From assembly GCA_963841435.1 (NCBI GenBank), contig CAWJCS010000003.1:864001-928000 (forward strand): a DNA stretch of 64,000 nucleotides, written 5' to 3'. The stretch's first letter is position 1; every line of letters begins with the position of its first letter. The translations under genes and the position numbers were made by a program. Below, piece after piece: positions 20,891-30,385 of this stretch. The notes under the pieces are model-generated. The model saw nothing but the letters and a program-made list of their open reading frames with translations. It did not search any database and was not told the DNA's origin. Source of the DNA: an uncultured delta proteobacterium (lineage in GTDB: Bacteria > Myxococcota_A > Polyangia > Polyangiales > Polyangiaceae).

Positions 20891-22519
20891 TCAGTAGATG
20901 CGCGGGGGCGGCGTCTCGTACAGGCTCTTGACCTTCTCGGCGAAGGACACGGTATTGCCGATCGCAAACGTCATCTCCTGCAGCACCTCCTTCTCTTGGT
21001 TCACTTCCTGAACCACGCCCGCTGACGAGTAGGTGATGATGGTGTTGCCGTTGTCGAGGCGCTGCACGTCGCCGCCGAAGGCCGCGCTCAGGCCGGCGTC
21101 GTAGCTCCAGAGCTCGGTTGCCGTCTTGGCCGTGAGATCGAGCTGGTATTCGTGGACGATCGAGTTTTGGCCGGCGTTGCCGTTGCTGAACAAGAGCAGA
21201 TGGTCGGGCGTGAGCATGTGGATGCCGTGCTGACGGCTCCAGGTTCCACCGCTGATCGTCGCGTGCTGCCCGCCCAAGATCCACTGGATCTGCCCCTGGC
21301 GGCTGATGTGCACGATGTGGCTCGCCTCGTAGTCCGAGAACGTGAAGCTGTCGTCCGCGGCCGAGTACACGAGGAAGTTCACGTGGCACATCGTGCTCTG
21401 GCTCGCCTGCATGGCGTCAACGAGCGACGTCAACGTCCCGGTCGAGGGGTCGAACTCGAGGATTTCGTCGCAACCCGACGGCGCGTGCGCGATGAGCCCG
21501 ATGTGACCGTCGGGGATGACGGCGAGATCGTGGGTCGTCTTCGGCAGGTCCCAACGCTCCTCGTTGATGCCGTCGAGCGAAACGCGCTTGACGACGCCCG
21601 TGCCGTCGGTCTGCGCCGTGTTGCGGATCCACATCGATTTTCCATCGAACGAGAGGCGCGTGCGGATCACGTCGACGTCACCCGGGTACCACCAGACGAT
21701 GTCGCCGTCGGAGTCGAGCACGATGGCCGGGCCGTCGTTGTTCATGCCCCAGCGCGCCGTGATCAGGAAGCCGCCGTAGAGCGCGGACGGCGCGGCGTTC
21801 GTCGTCACGGTGGGCTTGGTGACGAGGTTCGTGGCCGCGTCCGTCATGACGGTGAAGTCGTCGCTGTCGCAGCGCTGGGTGCCCGCGTTGCCGACCACGC
21901 GGAAGTGGTAGGTGTGAGACCCCTTCATGCCGAGCAGCAGCGTTCGATGGTTCGCCGCCGCGAGGTCGACGGGCGCCGTCATGCCGTAGCTCGTGTCGAG
22001 CCCGAACTCGATGTGCGCACTGTCCATCCCGGGCAAATCGCTCGACCACTCGACGATGCCGACGGTGCCGATCTTCGGGCTCAGCGAAGAGGTCACGCTG
22101 AAGCTACAGGTCGTGTTGGCGACACCACCCGTCGCCCCGCTTCCCGCGCCGCCGAGCGCACCCGTGCCACCGAGCGCACCCGTGCCGGCGAGCGCGCCCG
22201 TGCCGGCGAGCGCGCCCGTGCCACCGAGCGCGCCCGTGCCACCGAGCCCCGCGGTGCCGCCCGGCGCACCACCCGTGACGCCGCCGCCGGAAAAGCCCGC
22301 GCCGCCGGCACTGCCGCCGAGCCCCGCCGCCGCGGCCACACCGCCGCTTCCCGAGCTTCCCGCGACGAGCCCGCCCGTGCCCGACGAGCTGCCGGCCACG
22401 GCGCCGCCGCTCCCGCCCGAGGCCGACGGCGTGTCATCCGAACCATTGACCGTGCAGCTCAGCGCGCTGGCGAGCAGCGGCGCGAGCAACACGCGGCGAG
22501 CCTGCGCGTGTCGTTTCAT
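20891..22519 (-). CDS. Arylsulfotransferase (ASST)-like beta-propeller lipoprotein with Gly-rich tether
   Basis: Lipobox ALSC; Ig-like region; THD, CHVN and RQH motifs; GDVQRLDNGNTII. Confidence 0.7.
   Translation of the reverse strand: MKRHAQARRVLLAPLLASALSCTVNGSDDTPSASGGSGGAVAGSSSGTGGLVAGSSGSGGVAAAAGLGGSAGGAGFSGGGVTGGAPGGTAGLGGTGALGGTGALAGTGALAGTGALGGTGALGGAGSGATGGVANTTCSFSVTSSLSPKIGTVGIVEWSSDLPGMDSAHIEFGLDTSYGMTAPVDLAAANHRTLLLGMKGSHTYHFRVVGNAGTQRCDSDDFTVMTDAATNLVTKPTVTTNAAPSALYGGFLITARWGMNNDGPAIVLDSDGDIVWWYPGDVDVIRTRLSFDGKSMWIRNTAQTDGTGVVKRVSLDGINEERWDLPKTTHDLAVIPDGHIGLIAHAPSGCDEILEFDPSTGTLTSLVDAMQASQSTMCHVNFLVYSAADDSFTFSDYEASHIVHISRQGQIQWILGGQHATISGGTWSRQHGIHMLTPDHLLLFSNGNAGQNSIVHEYQLDLTAKTATELWSYDAGLSAAFGGDVQRLDNGNTIITYSSAGVVQEVNQEKEVLQEMTFAIGNTVSFAEKVKSLYETPPPRIY
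22152..22259. repeat. Six imperfect 18-bp tandem repeats encoding (G/A)GTGAL linker units
   Basis: CCGAGCGCACCCGTGCCA-like units read directly from the sequence. Confidence 0.85.
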
Positions 22520-22678
22520 TGAAGGTCAATCTATATTCCGAATTGACCGTGGCGCACCCGATTGGCACGCGTCCGATTACGATTTTCCGTGACGCGCGCG
22601 CCGTCGTGCGCGGGGCGCCTGCTCACGATGCGTCCGGTTACTAAGCTCGCATGGCGAGCTGTACCGGCGTGCCACGCC

Positions 22679-24289
22679 TCACGGATATTGCGTGTAGTCT
22701 AGAAAATTCCCGGTGAGCATCAGCATGGACATCATCGTCCACGACTCGTCGTAGTACTGCCCACCGCACCACATGTTGTTCTGCTTCAGCATGCCCCACG
22801 CGGCATCGATGAAGCTCTGGAAGCTCGGGCTGTGCATGGCGCCGACGCCGGCGGGCCCGATGAACGCCGCGGAAAGACCCCCGTATTGCGAGGGATATTG
22901 GGGGTTCGGCGTGCCATCGAGCTGATAGCCGTCAACGATGTTCGGCGCCGTGATGCCCGCGAAGAACTGGCTCGTCTTCGACACGTAGCCGACGGCGCGC
23001 GTGTCGCCGGTGAAGCACGCGTCGAGACCGATGCGGAACGGCGTGCGACAGGAATCGTACTGGTACGTGTACGGTAGCCCGCCCTGGCCCGGCCCCACCT
23101 CCGCGGGGCTTCCATTCGCCTGTGACCACGCGGGCACGAGCCCGTTCGACTGATTACCGTTCTCGCTCTTCAGGTTGTTGTCGATCACCTGGTAGACGTA
23201 GTCGACGACGGAGCTCGCCCAGCGGCTCTCCCCCGTGACCTGGGCGAACACCTTGTAATACGCCGGCGCGAAGTACGAGATATTGAGGCTGGTGTCGCCG
23301 CCCCAGCTCGAGCCGTTCTTCGGCAGACGATTGTTGTCGATCTCGTAGGACCAGATGTCGCCGAGCATCTGCTTGGCCGAGTCGAGGTAGCTCTTCGAAA
23401 GGCTGCCCTGGCCACCCCATTGCTCGTTCGCCATCACGAGGGCCCACGCCATGTCCTCGTCGGCGTCGGTCGCGGCGCCGTAGCCGTCTTGACCGCCGGA
23501 ATCCTGCGTCGAAACGTTGCCGTCGGCGAGGATGTACCAGTTCATCAGCACGGTCAACGCGGGATTGCCGAACTGCGGCGTGTACTGCCAGGTGTGCGCG
23601 AGCGAGTACTTCCAGAGATCGTCGAAGAGCGACTGATCATCCATGTACACGGCGATCATCATCCCGTACGCGATGCCCTCGGACACCGTGGAGTCCTTGT
23701 TGAGCCCGGGCTCGGCCGGCCGCTTGACGCGCCGGAAGCCGCCCGCGCCGTCGGACGTCACGAGGTCGGCCTTCCACGCGTCGTAGACGTTCTTTACGTC
23801 CTGGTTGTCGAAGACCGACGGGTACGTGCAGTGCGAGCTGCGGCGGTTCTGCGGGAAGGGGAACTTCAACGTCGCGGAGGGGGGCGTCGGGCCCATGCCG
23901 CTGCTGCCGCCGCCCGTGCCGCCGCTCGCCACGCCCGCGCTACCGCTCGCGCCGCCCGCACTCGCACCGGCCACGCCGCCGCTCGAGCTACCGCCGCTCG
24001 AAGTGCCGCCGTTGCCGGCGCTCGCTGCGGTGCCGGCGCTCCCCGAGACGCCACCGCCGCCGCTCGCTGCCGAGACGCCACCCGAGCCCGCGCCGCTTGC
24101 GGCACCGGTTCCAGCCCCGCCCGTCGTGCCCCCGGAGCCGAGGCCGCTCGTCCCTCCCGCGCCAGGGGAGGCGGACGTGCCGTTGTCGTCGTCGTCGGCC
24201 GGCGACGCCGAATCGCACGACAGCAGCAGGAAACACGGGGCAAGGACCAGGGCCGTGCCAAAGAGAAGTGCTCGACTCGACAAGCGCAT
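22679..24289 (-). CDS. Glycoside hydrolase family 8 lipoprotein (endoglucanase/licheninase/chitosanase type)
   Basis: TVSEGIAYGM, AATDADEDMAWAL, NISYFAPAYY and YDSCRTPFRIGLD; lipobox LLSC; Gly/Ser tether. Confidence 0.9.
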   Translation of the reverse strand: MRLSSRALLFGTALVLAPCFLLLSCDSASPADDDDNGTSASPGAGGTSGLGSGGTTGGAGTGAASGAGSGGVSAASGGGGVSGSAGTAASAGNGGTSSGGSSSGGVAGASAGGASGSAGVASGGTGGGSSGMGPTPPSATLKFPFPQNRRSSHCTYPSVFDNQDVKNVYDAWKADLVTSDGAGGFRRVKRPAEPGLNKDSTVSEGIAYGMMIAVYMDDQSLFDDLWKYSLAHTWQYTPQFGNPALTVLMNWYILADGNVSTQDSGGQDGYGAATDADEDMAWALVMANEQWGGQGSLSKSYLDSAKQMLGDIWSYEIDNNRLPKNGSSWGGDTSLNISYFAPAYYKVFAQVTGESRWASSVVDYVYQVIDNNLKSENGNQSNGLVPAWSQANGSPAEVGPGQGGLPYTYQYDSCRTPFRIGLDACFTGDTRAVGYVSKTSQFFAGITAPNIVDGYQLDGTPNPQYPSQYGGLSAAFIGPAGVGAMHSPSFQSFIDAAWGMLKQNNMWCGGQYYDESWTMMSMLMLTGNFLDYTQYP

Positions 24290-24447
24290 GGTTTTAATCT
24301 TGCCCGCCAGGCGGCTCGTGCCAAGCGCGACGTCGCCCTTTACTGGCACGACATGCTGTCCACGCTCAAAAAACTCAACGACCTCAGAAACGGTCACCGT
24401 GAACGCCTGGACGGCCGGCGGAACGGGTACCTGGAAGGGTGAGTACC

Positions 24448-26028
24448 ATGCGCCTGCGTCTCGGGGTCCTCCCGTTCGGTCTCGTGGCGCTCTTCGGCGC
24501 GGCGGGTGGTCAGGGTTGCGGCTCCGGGTCGTCCGGGGACGACGCAGGCCGCGGCGGCGCAGAAGCCACGGCGGGCAGAGGCGGAGCGGGTATGTCGAGC
24601 GGCGGCGGCTCGGGCGCCACGTCCGGCTCGGGCGGCTCGAGCGGTAGCATCGATGTCACGACGGGGGGCGGGGCCGGAGTGGCAAGCGGCGGGTCCGCCG
24701 GCCTCGATGAATGCGCGGGAGACATCTCCAAGGCCGAGCTCTTGCCGCTCGACATCGTCGTGATGCTCGACAGCTCGAGCTCGATGCTCGACGACACCCA
24801 AACAGCAGGCACGAAGTGGGACGCGGTGAGCCGCGCGCTCGCCGCGTTCGTCACCGACACGGCGTCCGCGGGAATCGGCGTGGGATTGCAGTTCTTCCCG
24901 CTCCACGACCCAGCGGTTCCCGACACGTGCGACACCGACGCCGAATGCGGCTCGTTCGGGCCCTGCTTCCAGAAGTTCTGCCAGAACGCGGGCCCGGACT
25001 TTTACCCGTGCGCGAACAATCAGGACTGCGTCGCCAACAACGACGACTTCGGCCCCTGCGCGCCACTCACCTACTGTTGGCCGCCCGCTGATCCTCTAGA
25101 GCTTTGCCACAACGCCACCGAGTGCCCCATGGCCGGCGATTGCGTGCCCTTCGCCGAATGCAGCGGCGACACGCAATACGCGTGCAATCAGGTTGGCCAA
25201 ATGTGCGGCCAGGGCCTGGGTACCTGCCAGGCGTTCGACCCGACCTCGATCTGCATTCACACGAGCAGCTGCAGCGCCGCCGCGTACGCCGCGCCTGCCG
25301 CGGAGATCGCGGTGCTCCCCGGCGCCGCCGCCGGCATTCGCCGCGCCATCGACGCCCAGATGCCCAACGGCGACACGCCGACCGCGCCCGCCCTCGACGG
25401 CGCCATCCAGCATGCGCAGGCCTGGGCCGACGCTCACGCCGATCACAAAGTCGTCGTGCTGCTCGCGACCGACGGGCTGCCGACCGAGTGCATCGCCGAT
25501 CCGGGCACGGATCCGACCGGCATCGACGAAGTCGCGGGCATTGCGGCCGCAGGGCTCGCCGGCTCACCGAGCATCGCGACGTTCGTGATCGGCGTGTTTG
25601 CTCCCACCGACATGGGCGCGGGCGCGAACCTCGACGCCATCGCCGTCGCGGGCGGCAGCGACTCTGCTTTCATCGTCGACACGAGCCTCAACGTCGAACA
25701 GGAGTTCCTCGCCGCGCTCGACGCGATCCGCGGTACGCGGTTGCCCTGCGAGTTCCAGATCCCCGAGCCCGAGGCAGGCAAGACGCTCGACTACCAGCAG
25801 GTCAACGTGCGTTTCACCGCCGGTGGGAGCGAGCAGACGCTCTACTACTGGGACGACAAGAGCGCGTGCGACGCGACCGACGGCGGCTGGTACTACGATG
25901 TCGACCCGACGCAGGGCAAGCCCACGAAGATCATCGCTTGCCCGAAGAGCTGCGAAGCGCTCCAGGGCGCGAGCGACGGCACCGTCGAGATCGTGCTCGG
26001 GTGCACGACGGTGACGGTGGTCAAGTAG
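24448..26028 (+). CDS. vWA-domain lipoprotein with Cys-rich insertion (CglB-like architecture)
   Basis: Lipobox GQGC. MIDAS elements LDSSSSM, DTPT and ATDG. A Cys-rich insert lies inside the vWA fold. Confidence 0.8.
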   Translation: MRLRLGVLPFGLVALFGAAGGQGCGSGSSGDDAGRGGAEATAGRGGAGMSSGGGSGATSGSGGSSGSIDVTTGGGAGVASGGSAGLDECAGDISKAELLPLDIVVMLDSSSSMLDDTQTAGTKWDAVSRALAAFVTDTASAGIGVGLQFFPLHDPAVPDTCDTDAECGSFGPCFQKFCQNAGPDFYPCANNQDCVANNDDFGPCAPLTYCWPPADPLELCHNATECPMAGDCVPFAECSGDTQYACNQVGQMCGQGLGTCQAFDPTSICIHTSSCSAAAYAAPAAEIAVLPGAAAGIRRAIDAQMPNGDTPTAPALDGAIQHAQAWADAHADHKVVVLLATDGLPTECIADPGTDPTGIDEVAGIAAAGLAGSPSIATFVIGVFAPTDMGAGANLDAIAVAGGSDSAFIVDTSLNVEQEFLAALDAIRGTRLPCEFQIPEPEAGKTLDYQQVNVRFTAGGSEQTLYYWDDKSACDATDGGWYYDVDPTQGKPTKIIACPKSCEALQGASDGTVEIVLGCTTVTVVK

Positions 26029-26176
26029 CGCTCTTTTCGCTGTGGGTGGACGCGCTGTACGGCCCCTCTTGGGATATCAGCCAGTAGGGAAACTGGAGGT
26101 TTAGCGTGCGTGCAGCAGGGCGGCGCGCGCGGCGGGCGCTCCCGTAAGGCGGTGGCGCGTGCTAGCTTCCGGCACC

Positions 26177-27460
26177 ATGTGGGAAAGGACTGCTCTCGTC
26201 TTGCTGTCCTTTGCGGCCTTCGCGTGCGGGGGCGGAAACGAAGGCTCGCCGGAGGAGTCCTCGGTGGGCTCACGAGCCGGCGAGGTCGGCAGCGGTGGCA
26301 GTGGCGGAACGGGGCCGACCGTCACCTGGGCGAGTGACATAGCGCCCATCGTCGATCGAGAGTGCGTTGGATGCCACCGCGAGGGCGGCATCGCGCCGTT
26401 CTCGCTCACGAGCTACGCCGACGCCGCGCCGCGCGCGCGTAGTATGGCCTCGGCGACGCGTGACCGCATCATGCCGCCCATGCCCGTCGACAACAGCGGC
26501 TCGTGCAACACCTTCGCGAACGCGCGCTGGCTCGACGACGACGAGATCGCGCTAATCGCCGCCTGGTCTGCCGCGGGTGCTCCAGAGGGCGACCGCTCGA
26601 AGACGCCACCGGTTCCGCCGCCTCCCGCGGGCCTCACCCGCGTCGATGTCACGGTCGACCCCGGCGAGAGCTACACGCCGAACCCCGGCTACACCGACGA
26701 CTACCGCTGCTTCGTCGTCGATCCGGGCCTCGCCGCGCCGACCTTCCTCGTCGCCTACGACGTCGTGCCGGGCGACGCGCGCATCGTGCATCACGCCATT
26801 CTCTACGCGCCCTCGAGCGACGAAGAATCGCAGAACGCCGTGGACCTCGACGCCGCCGAGGCGGGCCTCGGCTACACGTGCTTCGGCAGCTCCCGCGTTG
26901 ACGCGAGCCCCCTTGCGATCTGGGCCCCGGGCGGCGGCGTGACGACGCTGCCGACGGACACGGGGCTCGCGCTGCCCGCGCGCAAGCTCGTCCTGGAGGT
27001 TCACTACAACGTCCAGGCCGGCGTGTTCCCCGACCGCACGACCGTGAGGATCCAGACCTCACCCGTCGTCTCGCACCCCGCTGCCCTCGTGCCCATCGGG
27101 GACCTGTCGCTGTCCGTGCCACCGGGTGAGGAGCTGGCCGTCTCCATGCGCGAATTCACGCTCAAGGAACCGCTCGGCACCGCGACCGTGTACGGCGTCG
27201 TGCCCCACATGCACACGCTCGGCCGCACGCTCGGATTGCAAGCGACGATTGGCTCCGACAGCCTTTGCATGGTCAGCGTCGATCGCTGGGATTTTCACTG
27301 GCAAAATGCCTGGTGGTACGAACATCCCATGAGCGTTACCGGCGCGACGAGCTTCACGCTGAGCTGTGGCTACGACACGCGAGAGCGCACCGACAACGTG
27401 ACGTGGGGCGACGGCACGCGCGACGAAATGTGCCTCGTGTACCTCTACGCGGCGCTCTGA
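26177..27460 (+). CDS. Copper type II (PHM/DBH-like) monooxygenase lipoprotein with N-terminal heme-c motif
   Basis: Lipobox AFAC; CVGCH; Cu-ligand motifs VHH, EVHY, PHMH and EMC; WDFHWQ. Confidence 0.8.
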   Translation: MWERTALVLLSFAAFACGGGNEGSPEESSVGSRAGEVGSGGSGGTGPTVTWASDIAPIVDRECVGCHREGGIAPFSLTSYADAAPRARSMASATRDRIMPPMPVDNSGSCNTFANARWLDDDEIALIAAWSAAGAPEGDRSKTPPVPPPPAGLTRVDVTVDPGESYTPNPGYTDDYRCFVVDPGLAAPTFLVAYDVVPGDARIVHHAILYAPSSDEESQNAVDLDAAEAGLGYTCFGSSRVDASPLAIWAPGGGVTTLPTDTGLALPARKLVLEVHYNVQAGVFPDRTTVRIQTSPVVSHPAALVPIGDLSLSVPPGEELAVSMREFTLKEPLGTATVYGVVPHMHTLGRTLGLQATIGSDSLCMVSVDRWDFHWQNAWWYEHPMSVTGATSFTLSCGYDTRERTDNVTWGDGTRDEMCLVYLYAAL

Positions 27461-27500
27461 GCGCGCAGGAAGGTCGCAGGCTTGGTCCGCGCCTCGCCGT

Positions 27501-28349
27501 GTGCTTTGCTGCCCTGGGTCCTTGTTCTCGCGCACGTTCGGCATCCTGCTCTGGTTCGTTCTGCCGGTTGCTCTGGTCGGCTTTCTCGATCTGACCACGG
27601 GGCCCGAGTACGGGCTCTCGATCCTCTACCTCGTGCCCGTCGTCCTCGCCGGGTGGCTCCAGGGCCCGAAGGTGGCAGGCGCCATCGCGCTCGAGGCCGC
27701 CGGGCTTTGGCTTTGGGCGGAGTCCATCACGCGCCCCGACGCCCCGCTGCTCGCGATTGCCTGGAACGGCTTCACGCGCCTGGCCATCTACGTGGCCATG
27801 GGCCTCGGCGCCGGCGTCCTGCGCGCCGACCGCGAACAGTTCAGAGAGCTCGCGCGCCGCGAGCAGGAGCTCGCCCGCACCGATCTCGTCACGGGCCTCA
27901 GCAATCGGCGAGCCTTCGACGAGCAGCTTCAGGCCGATCTCGCCCGCTCGCGCCGGGACCAGCGACCCCTGTCGGTGCTGATGCTCGATCTCGACAATTT
28001 CAAGCGCGTCAACGACGCCGAAGGGCACGCTGTCGGCGACCGTGCTCTCGCCGAGGTGGCCGTTGCCTTGCGTGGCGTGCTGCGCGAGGGCGACCGCGTC
28101 GCGCGGGTCGGCGGGGACGAGTTCGCCGCGATTCTCTGGGGCGTCGACGCCAGGGGTGCGCGCAGCGTCGCCGAGCGCGCCGTTCGCGCGGTCCGCAAGA
28201 TTGCGGAGCGCTATCCCAGCACCGAGCTCGGTGCGAGCGCCGGCGTCGCAGAGGACCAGGGCGGCGAGGCGAGCGCGCTCGTCGCGGCCGCAGACCAGGC
28301 GCTTTACCGAGCCAAGGAGGGCGGCAAGGGCATGGTCGAAGGACCCTAG
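27501..28349 (+). CDS. Membrane-bound diguanylate cyclase
   Basis: N-terminal TMs; TDLVTGLSNRR, DLDNFKRVND, intact GGDEF and RxxD I-site (REGD). Start uncertain. Confidence 0.9.
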   Translation: MLCCPGSLFSRTFGILLWFVLPVALVGFLDLTTGPEYGLSILYLVPVVLAGWLQGPKVAGAIALEAAGLWLWAESITRPDAPLLAIAWNGFTRLAIYVAMGLGAGVLRADREQFRELARREQELARTDLVTGLSNRRAFDEQLQADLARSRRDQRPLSVLMLDLDNFKRVNDAEGHAVGDRALAEVAVALRGVLREGDRVARVGGDEFAAILWGVDARGARSVAERAVRAVRKIAERYPSTELGASAGVAEDQGGEASALVAAADQALYRAKEGGKGMVEGP

Positions 28350-28442
28350 CGGGGCCCGCGCCGCCGCCGCCTGCGACCGAGCTCGCCGGTCAGAGCCCTT
28401 TGTGTTTGCTGAATCCGCTGGAGGGCGTTAGCGGTAACGAGC

Positions 28443-29426
28443 ATGCATTTCGGACTGTCCTCGAAGCGCTGGTTCTGGGTCGTACCGGGGGCGCTGGTGT
28501 CGCTCGTCGCGTACTTCCAGGCGCGCGGGGTGTCCTCGCTCCTGGGCGCCACGCTGATCAGCCGATCGGGCGGAGGCGGGGCCCGCTTTCGCGCGGCGCG
28601 GCCGGCGGCTTCCGGTTCGGCGCGTTCGGGCGATCCCGTGCTCGAGCGAAACGCGTTCGATTCCGCGACGGGACCACTCACTGGCGACGCCCTCGAAGCC
28701 GTGCTGCCACCGCCCCCGGCACCCGATCCCCTCGAGGTTCCGCGCTGCGGGGACGTGCGCGTCGTCGCCACCGCCGAGAGCGAGGATCCCCTCGAGTCGC
28801 AGGCCGTGCTGCAGGTCGAGGGTGACGACCGCGGGGTCGTGCGCCGCGTCGGCGACCCCATCGGCGACCGCCAGGTGGCGTTCATCGGCCACAACCCACT
28901 CGAGATGAGCCCCGGGGTCTGGTTGCTCGGCGAGACCGGACTCTGCCAGAGCCTCGTCTTCGACCAGCCGTCGCTCGAGCCGCGCCGCGCGAGCAACGCG
29001 AAGCACGAGTCGAAGCCGAAGAAGGGCGAGCACAAGAGTCCGAAGGGTCGAGCCAAGACCCCGAAGCTTCCGTCGAGCATCCGCAAAAAAATTGCCGAGA
29101 TCGGCCCGGGTCGCTACCGCGTCGAACGCTCGGCCCTCGAAGCGATCATCGAGAAGGCGACGGTCTACATGAAGAGCGTGCGTATTCGCCCGCAAAAGGA
29201 GGGTGACAAGGTCGTCGGGGTGCAGCTCTCGCGCGTCCAGAAGGGCACGCTGCTCGACGTTTTGGGGCTCAAGAACGGCGACCGGATCCAATCGATCAAC
29301 GGGTTCGAGCTCGCCGGCCCCGCGCAGGCACTTCAGGCCTACGCGCGCCTGCGCCTCGCCGACAACATCCGCGTTCAGGCAGTCCGCGGCGGTCGCCCTC
29401 TCGAGCTCGAGTACCGAATTCAGTGA
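28443..29426 (+). CDS. GspC-like protein with C-terminal PDZ domain
   Basis: N-terminal TM; VLERNAFDS; PDZ segment LLDVLGLKNGDRIQSING..ALQAY typical of deltaproteobacterial GspC. Confidence 0.75.
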   Translation: MHFGLSSKRWFWVVPGALVSLVAYFQARGVSSLLGATLISRSGGGGARFRAARPAASGSARSGDPVLERNAFDSATGPLTGDALEAVLPPPPAPDPLEVPRCGDVRVVATAESEDPLESQAVLQVEGDDRGVVRRVGDPIGDRQVAFIGHNPLEMSPGVWLLGETGLCQSLVFDQPSLEPRRASNAKHESKPKKGEHKSPKGRAKTPKLPSSIRKKIAEIGPGRYRVERSALEAIIEKATVYMKSVRIRPQKEGDKVVGVQLSRVQKGTLLDVLGLKNGDRIQSINGFELAGPAQALQAYARLRLADNIRVQAVRGGRPLELEYRIQ

Positions 29427-29499
29427 CGCCACGAGGCGGGCGCACACCGAAAGCGCCTGCACCTTCTCGCCGGCCGAAAACTGAAGGTTCGAACCCTCC

Positions 29500-30384
29500 A
29501 TGCCGCATCGAGCCCCGGTCATCGACAGCCACGTGCACCTCTACGAGGTGACGCGCCCCGGCGGCGTGCCCTGGCCGCCGGCGGGCAGCGGGGCGCTCGA
29601 CGAGAATCGACTTCTGCCCGACTACGAGGCCCTCGCGCGGCCGCTCGGCGTGGTCGGCACCGTCGTCGTCGAGGCGAGCCCGCTCGTCGAGGACACGCGC
29701 TGGGTGCTCGAGCACGTCGGGGAAAATCCACTCTTCGTCGGGCTCGTGGCCGCGCTCGACGTGACGGCGCCGGACGTCGAGCACCGGCTCGCCGCGCTCG
29801 CCGCCGAGCCACGCGTCGTCGGCGTGCGGGCGTTCCTCTGGACGGGAAGCATCCAAATGAGCGAAGCCGAGCTCGCGCTCTTCGGCGAGCTCGCGCGAAA
29901 CGACATGACGCTCGACCTCGTCAGCCGCAAGGGCAGAAACCCGGCCGAGCGCGTCGTGCGGCTCGCCGAGGCGGCGCCCGGGCTCCGCGTCGTCGTCGAT
30001 CACCTCGCGGGCGCCCGGGGAAAAGAGCCGAACGAGCATTGGCGCAACGAGGTGAAGCGCCTTTCGTCGTGCCCGAACGTCCACCTCAAGCTCTCCGCGC
30101 TCTACGACATGTTCAATGCCGGACCCGACGAGAACACGCCCTGGGCTTCGCCGGCGACGGTCAACGCCTACCGGACGCACCTCGACGCCGCGCTCGAAGC
30201 GTTCGGCGACGCGCGCCTGATCTTCGGCAGCAACTGGCCCGTCACGGAGATGAGCGGCTCACTCGCCGATGAGCTCCGCCTCATCGAGGAGTACCTCGCG
30301 CCCCTCGGCACGACGGCGCGAAACCGCGTGATGCACGACAACGCGCGCGCTTTCTACCGGCGCTTTGCCGCGCCCCGCTCGTAG
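29500..30384 (+). CDS. Amidohydrolase_2 family protein (sugar lactonase-like)
   Basis: IDSHVH, VVDHL, LKLS and IFGSNWP. Confidence 0.85.
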   Translation: MPHRAPVIDSHVHLYEVTRPGGVPWPPAGSGALDENRLLPDYEALARPLGVVGTVVVEASPLVEDTRWVLEHVGENPLFVGLVAALDVTAPDVEHRLAALAAEPRVVGVRAFLWTGSIQMSEAELALFGELARNDMTLDLVSRKGRNPAERVVRLAEAAPGLRVVVDHLAGARGKEPNEHWRNEVKRLSSCPNVHLKLSALYDMFNAGPDENTPWASPATVNAYRTHLDAALEAFGDARLIFGSNWPVTEMSGSLADELRLIEEYLAPLGTTARNRVMHDNARAFYRRFAAPRS

Positions 30385-30385
30385 G

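Noticed and set aside
22152-22259. Tandem repeats as a CRISPR array
   Set aside because: No spacers, in-frame coding repeats and no cas genes.
22562-22580. TTGGCACG as a sigma54 promoter
   Set aside because: It has no -12 GC at the correct spacing and points away from the nearest start codon.
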